A stretch of DNA of 64,000 nucleotides from Toensbergia leucococca (Eukaryota): NCBI GenBank assembly GCA_022813965.1, contig JALDZS010000111.1, positions 1 to 64,000 of the forward strand, read 5' to 3'. Of the stretch, positions 10,100 through 22,458 are shown piece by piece; positions within the stretch are counted from its first letter, which is position 1; every line of letters starts with the position of its first letter. Made by a program: the position numbers and the translations under genes. Under the pieces are notes generated by a model. That model was not told where the DNA came from, made no database searches, and saw only the letters and a list, made by a program, of their open reading frames with translations.

Positions 10100-11192
10100 A
10101 AGGAAGCCTAACTGTTACTTACCGCAACATCGCGAAATCGCAAAACTTGAATCTTGATTTTCAGATTTTGCAGACAGACTTCTTCAATATCATCAATCAC
10201 AACACTTGATAACATCAACAATCTCATAGATATTGATAGACTGATGATACATGTACACCCCCTTTTGATACCTGTACACTCTCCCCTTCACCCCTTGAGC
10301 GCAATATCACTGAGGGAAATTTTATCATTCTGCATCACATCTTGCCTCAATTTCTCATCACTTCACAAGTCATTTACTTGTCTCATTTGTGTGTCATCTA
10401 GAAGTCAAATTATCTAGGGAATTATTCTGATATTGTATCACATTTTCACTTAATCCTTTACTCTGAGCGCAATATCATGAATTTTGATCTATCTCTACCT
10501 CATGACTCTGAATCCTCACCTAGAGAGGGGTGAGATAGAGTTTCTGTAGATAATAAAGTGTCTCATGATTTTGAAAGGAGATGATTCAAAATCATGATGT
10601 TTTTGCGCTCAGGGAGGTGATTATGCGCCTGACGGTGAGGGAATCAAGTCAGAATGTGATACAAAAGCATGCTTTTTCTTCTAAGTAATTTGACTTCTAG
10701 ATGACACACAGATAGAATGAGTAAATGAGTTATATAGCGGTAGAGAATCAATTGCTAATGTGATGTGAAATCATGATAATTCTCTATGCATGAGGTGATC
10801 ATGTGTCTGAGAGATGATTGTGCGCTCAGAGGTGAGGGGAATCAAGTCAGAATCAGATGTGAAATTATGATAATTCTCTATGTACAGCCTGCTACTAAAT
10901 GACATGCAATTGAGAAGATATAAGGCATGCAAAAGTGATGAGAAATTGAGGCAAGATGTGATGCAGAATGATAAAATTTCCCTCCGTGATATTGCGCCTG
11001 AGGGAGAGGAGGGGGGGTGTACACCTATCAAAAATAAGTGTTCATACATCAGCAGCTATTAATCAGGTGTAGATGTATGTCATGATGATGAGAATTGAAC
11101 GTTATAATAATATACCTACATTGAAATGTGATGTTGATGGATTGATAATTTGATTTTCGCGATGTTGCGGTAAGTAACAGTTAGTCTTCCGT
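10100..11192. mobile_element. Non-coding foldback element with long terminal inverted repeats
   Basis: GGAAGCCTAACTGTTACTTACCGCAACATCGCGAAA (10102-10137) is the near-perfect reverse complement of 11155-11190. Inner arms ~10250-10400/10880-11030 and ~10370-10490/10580-10730 also pair. Imperfect flank duplication CGTAGGT/CGTAGGG. Confidence 0.85.
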
Positions 11193-12271
11193 CGTAGGGG
11201 CTTGAACTAGCAAAGGAGAAGGTGGCTGAGTTAATTTCAACTGCAGTCGAGGAGTGCAACATCTTACCACTCTGCTCCATCGACTCCTTCGTCCTCTTTG
11301 CATTTACATAGCACTCCACCCGCAGCTTCTTCTCTGACAAGAGATTGTCATACGATAGCCGATGAAAGCAACATGATGAATTCATCAGCCTGCGACCCCG
11401 GCTATCCCAGCTCCCTGATGCTGTGCTTACCTTTTCTGATGCCATCATTCTTTCCTTTTTGCCACATCCATCGTTCATCTAACTTGCTACTCTTCTCTGC
11501 CATGTCTTCTGACGACTTGATATGTCCACTTCTGATGTCGTTTACAAAGTGAATGAGTTGCTATCGTCGGCATTACTCGTATCGCTACATTCTCTGTGAT
11601 TGTGTTGCTCAAAGACGTGGCCATGCATTCGTGCAACTATTCACACTTCTTCTCAATCTTTTCTATCTATGCTCTCACTGGGATAAGCTTCCTTTCACTG
11701 TCTGATCATCATGATGCTCTCATCTGAGCCTTTCTATCCAATATATGATTCTGCAATCTTCGCCTCTTGACTTTCTTGCTTTACATTGGATCGACCAATA
11801 AGTACCTCAGTTCTGCCTTTACCGGGTCTTAAAATTCAGGCTTCATGGCTTCTTATACGATGAGGAATTCTGTAACCCGTCAGTGATCTCTAGAAGAACC
11901 CCAATTTGTGCTACGATCTGTAGTGTTTCTTTCAGTTCACTGATAATAATGAAATCCAGTCTTGCCTTCCACCTCTCAGCGGATTCGCTGAGAGACAGAA
12001 TCGAGCCAGCATGAATCTTTGCAAACAGTACTTTGGAATATTCTTACTCCAACTTGAATTGCAACCGAAGGTCAATAGTAGCATACAAGCTTCAGAGCAT
12101 CTCTAGGCCCATGCCCCAATTGCAAGGGAGACATCAGGTAACCTTCAGAGTCATCGTTTCCTTGAACTGTTCTTCACTTCAGAAAGCAAACAAGAGCTTC
12201 AGGGGCAGAAACCACGACTTTGTCGAAAGCTCTCATCTTAGTGTATTTGAAGAGTCTCTAAGTTACATCAA

Positions 12272-13402
12272 ATGATTCCTCATCTCACCGCCGCTATGGA
12301 ATCACATAGGAAGAGGCGAGCCACCGATGCATCTGTGAGTGATTTGCCTGTGAAGAAACGCAAGATTGGGCCGATCGTCTCTAAGAAAGGTCTTTCCCAA
12401 TTTCACAACCGGCTGGAGTATTTCGATACACAGGGAGTCTTATTGTTAGAGCTCGCTGGGAAAGGCAGATCAGGAGCCATCGCCTCTGTTGCAGATAATG
12501 GCCCGACCCGAACAACTGTTAAGTCTGCCTACCTGTCTCGAGAATGAGATAGAAGCAGTAGATCGAAAATTGTCGCCTTAGCCAATCCTGTACAATCGTT
12601 GAGTAAGCATCATCCAGATCAAGGCTTCGGAGTTCCTGAAACCATTGAAGAATCGATAGTCTTAACGCCTTTCTCTGTACTAGCTAAACATACAAATGGA
12701 CTTTCTTCAACATTGACGAAGAAAAGGGGCGACGATAATCCGAGTGACGATCAAGGAGGGTATCTATCAATTGAAGCTTCTAAACCAAGCCAATCTTCAA
12801 GCAGCGTTGAAGGCTCGTTGAGTGAAGGTCTTTCCATGTCAGGCAAACCCAAAAAGCCAAAGGAAACTATGTCGATACAGGATCGTAAGCGGTTCTTCAT
12901 ATTTACCCCGACTCTTTACTTGAATACCTCGATGAGAAGATGGCTTTCAAATATTTACGCCAAACTAGGTGTCTCTCGTGACGATGACGAATATTGGTTT
13001 TATCCATCTCCACCTCCTCTTCGAACTGGATCAAGCCCTGGTAGTAGCAAAACGATATCCCGCGCGTTCGGACGGAGCGACGAAACCGGTCGTCGTACAC
13101 TCACCGTTAATTTCAGTATCGTAGCTCTTTTTCTTGAAGAACGTTTGACTGACGCTCAGAAGCATGGGTATATCAGACTAGCATGGTACCTAAGCCATCT
13201 ATGCGGTAATTGGATCTGTTGCAATTGGAGACATACCACTGTTGAGCCAGGAGGTATCCACGCTTCTCGCAATAGCTGTTTCAAGCATTCGGGTCATTGT
13301 TATCATAGCCCAAAGTGCATGAAATCTAAAAAAGTCAAGAGTCTTCCCATGTCTCGCCCGCGGATTCTTCCACAGCCAGTCGAGTCGAGTCTAGTCTTAT
13401 GA
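12272..13402 (+). CDS. His-Cys box (zf-His_Me_endon, I-PpoI-like) domain protein with one in-frame TGA; may be a pseudogene or spliced
   Basis: The C-terminal LSHLCGNWICCNWRHTTVEPGGIHASRNSCFKHSGHCYHSPKC matches the SHLC.N..C.N..H...E....N..R..C......C.H.P.C signature. ORFs 12272-12547 and 12599-13402 share one frame, broken only by TGA at 12545-12547. The N-terminus has an NLS-like PVKKRK. Confidence 0.7.
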
Positions 13403-14428
13403 GTAAGGAATTCAGACATCTCTGCGTCTTTTATCAAGGAGATTGATTTAAAAATTTACAAGGATCTAGGCATCTGGGCCGTGAAAAAAAGGTAATTTCT
13501 GAATCCTCTTGCAAACCCCAAGACTTTCGATTCTTTGCCGCTTTCTGATACCCACTCCTATTTCATGCTCTTGCTACCAGGTGGTAACATTTACTTGGCT
13601 TCCCCTACGGCGCTCCGCTAATCTCTAAAACAACCTCCTTCCACGGTCATGGGATATCAAGTTCTTCACCTTTTAATTTTCCAGTACAGGGCTAGGCCAC
13701 GAATCAGGGCTACCAATCTAGCAAATCATAGAAGCTGGATGTTGTCAGCTAGAAGTGTCTAATATCAATACTGTCTATCTTCCCAGACTGACTCCCCTAA
13801 AAACATAGAAACACAAAGAGAACATTGATCTCCATTCCACAATCTTGCAGATCCTATCCATCCATTTCCCCAAGTGACGATCATCTTGATTACGAACCAC
13901 CCAAAACATCATCTGCACCCGAGTTATCGAACCCATCTCCTTTTCCCCCCCATCACCCCATCCCTTCCGATCCCCTGCTTCTACCCCTGTCTATTCCCCT
14001 CCGCTCCCCTTTTCATAATCCCCCTCTTACAAACCCTTTCCCCCCCATCCCACCCCACCCCTCTTCCAAAACACCACCATCTCATCACATCCCCCCCCTC
14101 AAACCCAAACCCAAGACCCCGACTCCAAAACCCCACCATCCCAAGAACAAAACAAAAGTTGAAACCCCTTAACCGGGTCAAATGAGGTAGAGAACAAGCT
14201 CGTACCTACCCATGTAACAAAAAAATCTCTCTAATTAGTACCCCAAATCCCAAGACCTCCTCCTCCTTTCTCCGTTCTGTCCATTCTAGCGGGGATAACT
14301 TTGGATAGCGTGTTGAGCATGCCGGGCTCGGGCAAAAACAGGATCCACCAAAGGCACACAGATGTCCCACCACACCTCTCTCTCTCTCACAATCAACACA
14401 TCAACGGCGCTCGAAAAAAAGGGGGTCG

Positions 14429-15178
14429 TCACTCCCCTGATTCCTTCTCTCGAGAACTACCTAGGTTTCTATCTGGGCGTGTCCTCCGTACGTAGCACAC
14501 ACACCAACACACCCCCCCATAAAACAACCGCCCACCACCAACCAACCTCCCCTAAAAAAGAAAAAAAAAAGCGGGGGGGGTGGGTAGGGTCAGATGCGAG
14601 CGTGCGCTCCTCTTACGTTTGACTCCGGGGCTAATGAGAATGAGCTGCTTTTATCCCCCGAGTCTCTACTTTGAAGGTTTTTGAGATATTCATCTCGCCA
14701 CCCCATCCCCACCCGGGGGCCCCCGCTTCTGGAGATGGTGGGGGTTTGGGCGAGGGGGGTTGGTTGGTTGATTGATTGATTGATTGAGTGTTAGGGCGGG
14801 AGGGAGGGAGGAAGGATGAGGAGGGTGAGGTGGGATGGGGAGGGAGGGTGAGGTGGCGTTTTGGTGTTGTTTATTGGTTGGTTGGAAGGATAGATAGATG
14901 GATGGGAAGGGGGGGGATGGGGCTTAGGGTATGGAGGTGAGGGTTTTGTGGTAGGGTTTTTACCGTGTCTGTTGCGGGGAAATGGGGGGTTTGTTGGAAT
15001 GGGGCGTAGGATGGCTAGGGAGATTCTTTTTGGAATGGGGTGGTGGGGTTTGGGGAGGGGAAGTGGGAGGAAGAAGGTGTGGGTGCGTTGTTTGTTTGGT
15101 TGGGGGGGGGAGAAGTGGATACTTTGATGATTCGTAGATGCAGGTGCCAGGTGGTGTCGTAGGTATGGGATTGGCCAT
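14429..15178 (-). CDS. Tentative small multi-exon gene embedded in low-complexity DNA
   Basis: ATG at 15178 (MANPIPTTPPGTCIYESS), a GTATCC donor, a 51-nt exon 15014-14964, a CTAAC..CCAG acceptor, exon ~14728-14617 (SGGPRVGMGWRDEYLKNLQSRD...) and a GTAAGA donor. The 3' exon is uncertain and no family was recognised. Confidence 0.3.
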
Positions 15179-15547
15179 TGTGGTGGAGGAGAACCGTGGC
15201 CGAGGAGAAGGAGAAGAGATTTGTGGGTACAGGGGGTTGTGGAGGGGGAGGGGCTTGGCTCTGTGGGAAGTAGGGGACGGCGATGGGGAAGGGAGATAGT
15301 GGGATTAGGCTAGGGTGAGGGGAGGGTGGTAAGATAAACAAATGGTTTTGTGACGTTTCCTAAACTGTCGTTCATAAACAAATGGATTTATATAGAAAGC
15401 TTGACCAAATGACCAGATCAGGTACATCCATCCCTGCAATCCTGGACTCAATTGAGAGTCTGTTCCAATTAGATACCCGGATTTCATCTCAAGAGCCACA
15501 ACCAAAATAAGGCCTTCACTTACCATTCCCAAAGAATTTCCTGAAGT

Positions 15548-17272
15548 TCAAACCCTCGTAAACCAGATCTTCTCCTCGCCCATCTCCGCCTCCAAGCCCA
15601 AGCCCAATTCCCTCACTCTTCCATCCTCGCCAAGGCGAAATGCCGCCTTGGCAGTATTGATGCGCTCGGAATTATTTTCGACGTGTTCGGCGTAGTAGTT
15701 GGAGACGAAACGCAAAATAAAGAATTCACCGCTGACGTGGGTGAGGGAGAGGAGGCTTGACCAGGTCCTATCAAGGAGGGTGGCGTTGAGGGTCTGGGCG
15801 TCGTGATCGAGGGTGAAATTTATGTTGCGGTAGGCAGGGTGCGAGTAGAGTCCTGCATAGGCGTCTAAGGGTAAGGAGAGGGGTAGAGCTTTTTCAGGCG
15901 CAGGGGCATTAGGGTAGAGCTTTTTGCGAGCGTGTTTGACACCATCTACCTTCCGCTGGATGCGGTTTTCCTCATCGGATGTCTGGTCGAACCGTTTGTT
16001 TCGCGGGATGTCAAGGAGATCGTCTAGAAGAGCAGACAGGAGGATTTCCTCGACAATGTTGGCGGCAGCATCGGTGTTTCCCATCATTGCAACGCCCCAC
16101 TGCTTGTCAGGGAGATAAGCCTGAATAGCACCAAAGCCTGGTAGCCCGCCGTTGTGCCAGATGAGTTGTTCACCGTGGTAGCTGGTGATACTCCAACCCA
16201 ATGCGTAGCTTGCTTGTGTGTAGAGAGGGATTCCTTCCAACCCGGAGATTTGGATGCGTGGGGAGCGGAGAGCCTGGTGGGCAGATGGTGAGAGCGGGAG
16301 AGTCATGTTCATCATGCATTTCAGCCATCTGGAGTAGTCGAGGACGTTGGAGATGATATCACCGGCGCCGGAGACTTCGGGAAAGTCCATCCAGGGAACA
16401 GAGTAGTACTGCTGCGTGTGATTGTCCCACGCGTAGGCGTGGGCCAGGAAGTCATCGGCAGCTTGAGCATCGGAGAGGGAGAAGAAAGTGCTAGTCATAG
16501 AGAGGGGGCCCCAGATGCGTTGGTCAAGGAATGAGGCGAGAGAGCTTTTTGTGAGGGTTTCGATGACGTGGGATATTACCATGTACCTAGAGAAGTCTAG
16601 GATTACTTTATTGCTGTCTTGGATGATTTGACTCATTCGCTACTGGATACGTACATTATGTTGCAATATTGCCAACGTGTACGAGGTTCTGCTGTGAGTG
16701 GGAGGTGGCGAAGACCACGAACGGCACCCCTAGCGGTGGAGTTCGGACCACCATAGCTAAGATCGTGACGCGGCATGCCAGTGCGATGGGAGAGAGCGTC
16801 TTCAATAGTGATATGCGAAGTGGCGTAGTCGTCTGGTAGAACAAAGTCGTCTCTGATGAGAGAGGAAATGGGAGTTTCCCATGTCAAAGGCTTCGAAGAA
16901 TTGAGCGAGTCATCAATCAGTAGAGACATTGCAGCAGCGGTGAAGGATTTAGTGGTAGATCCAGGGTAGAAAAGAGTTGAAGGAGAAACTTTTACAGAGG
17001 GGAACTTGGCGTATCCGTAACCCTTCAACGTGTTTGGTTCAGCATTTCAATATGACAGCCCATGCATTGATATTGCCTACTTTGCTGAAAGTTTGGTCGC
17101 CATGGATGACGGCGATGGAAAGACCGGGGACATGCCAACGTGCGAGGTTCTCTTCAACGAGGCCATTGAAATCTGCATTCAGTGGTGATGTGGATTCCTT
17201 TTGCAAAAGAATCTGCTCAGCAAACAGGGATGCGCATAGAGATGCAAGAATGGCAAGCAAGTGTAGATTCAT
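15548..17272 (-). CDS. Secreted serine beta-lactamase/transpeptidase-like hydrolase with C-terminal DUF3471-like domain (3 exons)
   Basis: Signal peptide MNLHLLAILASLCASLFA; VPGLSIAV; SxxK (STTK); LSHRTG; YxN (YCN); HNG motif; two GT-AG introns. Confidence 0.92.
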
Positions 17273-17963
17273 ATTGAATTCGGAGCAGTAGATATACATG
17301 TACAAGACAATGGAGATGAGGATTCAAGATACAGCATCGCTCTGCTTTAAGAAGAAATATCAATGACTTATGCCTCGTGTACAGGCGGCAGGTGGGAGGT
17401 GGGAGGTGGGGAAGGACGCGAGGCATTTATGATGGCGAGATGCTTTAGGTAGGGCTGACAGGAGAGTAACGTGATCAGGGTTAGTGCTGGGAGCCAGGTG
17501 TATTTTAACAATTAAAACAACAAGCTTCGACCGTCCCTTTCTCTTCGACCTCAAATGCCTACTTTTAAAATTCATTTCAGTACATGGGCGAGGCTGTCAA
17601 GACGTCAATTGCCTGAAATAAAATACAGACTTCGTAATTGAGACTTCGATGACGTGGACTCTGCCATAGAGTACAACTATCCACTTGGCTCACGATATTA
17701 TTCAAAGACATTCTACAGATCCATCTCTACGTCCGCTAAAATGTCTATCAAAATTTCACCCAATTTCTTTCTGCCATCTTAAAAGATCTACTTGGAAATA
17801 TCATTCCCTTCTAGCTGTTTCTCCCATCAATTATCCCGCATTGTTCTGCATATGTCTCAATACCCACACTCTCGGATCATGTCACCTCTTTTTTCCGTGT
17901 TTCCAGAAGCATTCCTCTAACCTTTCCAATAAAGGCCGGGCGAGCTTGACTGAGACAGAGTTG

Positions 17964-19697
17964 CTACGAATTATTGCGCCCCCCATAAAAGCCCATAGCA
18001 TGGTCGGGACTTGGATTTGATGGCCTCTCAATCCAGCCATGGTCTTCTATCCGGCTGTCATCTTGTCCAGGTCCAAACTCCTCAGATTTATTGATTCCAG
18101 ATTCTTGCTTCGTTTCTGTAACTACCTCCAGCTTTGCGAGAATTTCCCCACCTAACATCTTCAATGGCTGAGTAGGCCAGAGTTCGGGGCTATCGTACTC
18201 TAAGTGAACTTTGTTACTGTAACGGTGGGTGGGGCTGACAAAGCGCTGGATTGGAGATGACACATCCTCAGAAGCGAAATGGCCCTCTAGAGCCGCAAGA
18301 GCAGCGTCGAAGTGCACTACACGACGGGGGTCCCGAAGAGAAAAACTTGCTGCTGAGGATTCATTTGACTTGATATCAGGCTGAGTCGAACATTCCGCAT
18401 CCGAGGTTACATGTCCTCGACGTGCATCAAACGTATCAACGAGTTGCCCTTCTCCAGCGATGTCTCGATCCAGAAACACTCCACCCCAAGCTTCCATGTC
18501 GTTAGAATATCCGGACGTTCTTGCCAAGTCTCTTTGTACAGAAGCCGGGCTAGTGCTGCCACTTTGATGTCCAAGGTTTGCTATATTAGTGTCTTGAAAG
18601 AAGCTGTTATGCTCTAGGTATCCAGGACGACGCAAATCGGTGATATTTCGAAGAGTCTTCGAGGGCCGATAGATTGGTTCAGACTTTTCACCAGATGACC
18701 CGGAAATCGCAGCATCTTCCCAAAATTCAAGTAGATCAACTTCCGCATCATCGCATCGGGTTCTCGCACGAGGAGGCGTTTCAATGTCACGCAACCAGGA
18801 AAGTATTGGCTCTTCTGCTGCTGGGGATGGAGCTTCTCGGTAGGCCTGCTTAAGGATGGCCTGGCACGACCTGACAAAAAGGGGAGATGAACAGTCTAGC
18901 TCTGATCCCTCACTGTGAATCGATGGCGTTTTCAAGTCATGGTGCCTTTGAAAGTCGAGTTGAACCGGAATGATTGTGTGGTATTCGACCCTAGTCTGGC
19001 CAATTACAGCCAAACGCCGGCCACTAATGCTAATTGCTGATGCCGAAGAAGAACGCTCCGCTTCAATGTGCTGATTCTCCTTGTCGGACTCTTCCTGCTC
19101 TACCTGTGGCCAATGTAAGTCCAAGCTTGGGACACATCTCGTAGACCAGATACTCACCTCATCGAGCACGAGCGAAGACATGGAGCTACCTCTTCGGCCT
19201 ATGTCCAACGATTCGATCGCCTTGGAGCGATATCTTGGGTTGATTATCCGTCCGAAAGTCTTAGATGCTAAAGCAACCTGCTCTTCGACTCTGGTGTCTT
19301 CGTCTTCTTCCGTGGCGACAGATTCGGTTGCAAAGACATGATAACGGCCATATTCTGCACTCGGCTCGAAATGGATAGTGCAGCCATTGGTGATAGCATC
19401 TACTAATCGACCCACTTTCTCCTCGTCTATCTGGCTATCCTGACTTGTTATCGAGCTGCCCTTCGTCCTGGAATCCTTCAAAGCCTCTGTCGGGATGGAC
19501 TCACGTCCCCCATCAATATCGTCCCCAACATTGTTTACCACCGTCGGTATGCCGTCTTGAGTGCCATGAGTAATGTCCCAAATGGCCAATCTCTCAAGGC
19601 CATCTGTCAATCCATCTATTCCATGGTATTCGATAGTCCCAGCTTGGACATGACTCGATGCTAGGAGCCCTAGCGCACCGGAAAAGGTAGAAGACAT
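17964..19697 (-). CDS. Hypothetical acidic, largely disordered protein
   Basis: Uninterrupted ~580-codon ORF. First ATG is at 19697 and an upstream exon is possible. No domain recognised. Confidence 0.7.
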   Translation of the reverse strand: MSSTFSGALGLLASSHVQAGTIEYHGIDGLTDGLERLAIWDITHGTQDGIPTVVNNVGDDIDGGRESIPTEALKDSRTKGSSITSQDSQIDEEKVGRLVDAITNGCTIHFEPSAEYGRYHVFATESVATEEDEDTRVEEQVALASKTFGRIINPRYRSKAIESLDIGRRGSSMSSLVLDEVSIWSTRCVPSLDLHWPQVEQEESDKENQHIEAERSSSASAISISGRRLAVIGQTRVEYHTIIPVQLDFQRHHDLKTPSIHSEGSELDCSSPLFVRSCQAILKQAYREAPSPAAEEPILSWLRDIETPPRARTRCDDAEVDLLEFWEDAAISGSSGEKSEPIYRPSKTLRNITDLRRPGYLEHNSFFQDTNIANLGHQSGSTSPASVQRDLARTSGYSNDMEAWGGVFLDRDIAGEGQLVDTFDARRGHVTSDAECSTQPDIKSNESSAASFSLRDPRRVVHFDAALAALEGHFASEDVSSPIQRFVSPTHRYSNKVHLEYDSPELWPTQPLKMLGGEILAKLEVVTETKQESGINKSEEFGPGQDDSRIEDHGWIERPSNPSPDHAMGFYGGRNNS

Positions 19698-20458
19698 TTG
19701 ACGTATAGTAAGTAAATCCGACAAAAGAGATTGCGCACCGTGCCTTCAGAGTTGAATGCTAGTCGATAAGTGACTAATAAAACCTGTAGGAAGCTTGAAC
19801 AGCCCCTCATGCTGATCTTTATAAAAGTAGTCAAAACCATGATGGCGAGAACCTTGTTGATGAAAATAAAGATGACAATTAATCAAGAGAGTTGATGAGT
19901 TGATGAGTTGACGATCTAATGAGTGAACAGTTTCACTTGGCACGACCTCCGTGTGTTGAGGGCTATTTTTGGACTCTACTCAAGCACTTCTCGTCTTGAC
20001 AGAATGGAGTGGTCTGTCCATGACTGTTCCGCGTTGTTCTGGATGGATAGAATACAATTAAGAAAAATACTAATTCTGCGACCTTGAACGTTCCTAACAA
20101 AAAGGAGATCCCTGACTGACTATCGAGCAAACAGAATACTCCGGGCAGACTCTCATTTCCGGCCTCAAGGCTTTTGAAAACTAACAGTGTGGGAAATAGA
20201 CAGGTCATCCCCTCAAATCATGAATGCTGCTTTCTAGAGATGGTGACAATTCAACAATCTTGGGAAGCACTTTTCCTGTGAGTATGATTGACTGAGTAGA
20301 GAGCACTGAGCCTATGTTTCTATATGAATGTTCTGCTCCTGCTGCTTCTAGAAGATGCTTTCCGTTTACTATAAGCACAAATGGCCATTCCACCGCCCAT
20401 TTCTTTGCTCTTCGAACAAGCTAGCGCAGAGTAAACAACTACCGTCCCAACGACGCCC

Positions 20459-21235
20459 TCAAGTATACTCCCAAGCCGCTGGCCTAGTCCCATTATACTT
20501 GGTGGTTAGCGCATCAAACCCAATACAATGCCTCACACTCCCTCCCGGCACATCCGCATCTGTCAGCCCCCTAACATTCGCAAACACCTGATACGGCGCC
20601 GTCCCATTTGCGTTCGGGCAGGCCAAAAATCCCGTAGCTCCTAATCCTGTAAAGCGAAAACTTCCGTAACCCAACCCGGAGGATTCGATGAAGCCAGTCA
20701 GAGCGGCCCCAGGCGGCGTAGTGCCATAGTGGGCTTCCGTGAAGCCAAGAGCGCCGGTTGCAGCTACGTAGATGAGCTGGCCGCCTGGGACTTCGGTGTA
20801 CTGTTGGGATTGGGTTGTTAGATCTGCAATTGCTAATAGAATTTTGATCGGACGAAAAGAGATGCGGCTTACGAGGCTGCTTCTACCGTCGTTTACCAAC
20901 AGAGCGGTTGATGTGCCTGGGGGACAATTTTCTACGGGCGGGGAGGGACAGTATGTCGCTGGTGCCTGGCCAATAAAAAAGGCTTGGCTGGCGGCGTTGA
21001 TGGGTTGGAGGTGGATGGGGCTGCCGGAGTGGGCGGCGAAGATGGTGAAGGCGGTTGGGGTTGCGATGGGGGTTGTTTTTTGGGAGTTTGAGGGGAATGT
21101 TGGGGTGGAATGGGAGATGTGGATTGAAGCAATATCGGAGGGGGAGCAGGAATAGTTGAATCCGTCTAATTGGTGGGGGATGGCGAAGGCGATGGCGAGG
21201 GGGAGGAGGAAGAGGATGATGGGCTGGGGAATCAT
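20459..21235 (-). CDS. Secreted cell-wall protein, 'IgE-binding protein'/PhiA-like family
   Basis: Signal peptide MIPQPIILFLLPLAIAFA; motifs AAHSGSPIHLQPINA, TYCPSPPVENCPPG, VPGGQLIYVAATGALGFT, GFLACP, AAWEY. A likely in-frame intron lies near 20800-20872. Confidence 0.85.
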   Translation of the reverse strand: MIPQPIILFLLPLAIAFAIPHQLDGFNYSCSPSDIASIHISHSTPTFPSNSQKTTPIATPTAFTIFAAHSGSPIHLQPINAASQAFFIGQAPATYCPSPPVENCPPGTSTALLVNDGRSSLVSRISFRPIKILLAIADLTTQSQQYTEVPGGQLIYVAATGALGFTEAHYGTTPPGAALTGFIESSGLGYGSFRFTGLGATGFLACPNANGTAPYQVFANVRGLTDADVPGGSVRHCIGFDALTTKYNGTRPAAWEYT

Positions 21236-22458
21236 CGTTGGGTGGGTTTCTGAGGGACGAATTGTGTTGGGGTTTGTTGTTGATTTTCTCTTTTTTCTAG
21301 AGTGAGTGAAGGTGAGGAGGATTGGGGTTGTTAGATGTGAGCGGGATATCGTGTGGTTTGGGGACCGGGGGACTTTTGAATGTGGAAAGAGCGACGATGA
21401 TGCCTTTTTTTTTTCTTCCCAGCTAGGTAGATAGGGAGAGATGATTTTCATCATGGATATGAAATATGCAATCAGCGATCCCACCATGCTGCAACCCCCA
21501 AAAGAAAAGACGCCATAACCAGCACAGATACGCAGAAGCAATGCTTTTCCACTTCATGCTTGAGCGAAGTCGCTTTTGCGTGATTCTTTACACGATCATA
21601 GGGATGTTTCTTCCTTATGTGACATCAAGAGCGAGATGGCTAGGAAACGGAGGAAATTAGGCAGACAGGTGGAGAAATTTGAATCAGAGGGAAAGGCTTG
21701 AGGTTTGAGGTTTGGGTCTTGGTATTTGTTTTCCTATGTGCTTGGGTTGGTTGTGTTGATGTTGTGGATTGATGGACGTTTGGAGTTTGGAGGATGGTGG
21801 GAGGGGAAGCGAGGTTTTTTTATGTTTTGGGGCTGAGGAGTTGGAGGTCAGGTATGAGGAGGGGGTTGGTCTTTGCCTTGTTCTGTGTCAGCGGCAACAA
21901 GATGATCTAGAAGGCTGATGTTTGTTTAATATGTAAACTCATGTACAACACTTGACAGGTATGAGTATTTCTTGTTTATAAAATAATTACTCATACAGTA
22001 GAGTATGTAGAAGAGATATGAATATGACTTGATTTTTATTAATAAAATATTGATCTTCTCTCTCTCATCTTAGAGCTCTCAACCTTAGAATTCATGTCAT
22101 ATAAAGGTATGAGATATTCTATGATAAGGCTTAATCAGGACTTCTACTTACTTTTCAAGGAGTCATGTCTTTCTTCACACTGAATGAAATATTGCTTGCA
22201 AAGATTTCTGAATCACGGGTGGAGGCATAATGGCTCAGTGCGGCCGACTGGCGTACTTGAAGGCTGTGGCACAGCTTCAGCCACAAGATCCTTCTACTAT
22301 TCTAAATTTCCCCCAGCCGTTTTAATATATATTGGAAGCTTCTATTGACCTTTCCAGAATGGCTGACCAGCTCGAGCGCCTCGCATGCCGAAGGCCATTT
22401 CCTCTGAGCTGTCAAGTAGCTACTTGTATAAGCACCACCACCATTCTCCGAACCACCA

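Noticed and set aside
10154..11062. ORFs sharing REILSFCITSCLNFSSL on opposite strands
   Set aside because: By-products of the foldback's inverted arms, not genes.
14617..14710. MGWRDEYLKNLQSRD resembling the Atg16 N-terminus
   Set aside because: The similarity is short and no downstream coiled-coil exons were found.
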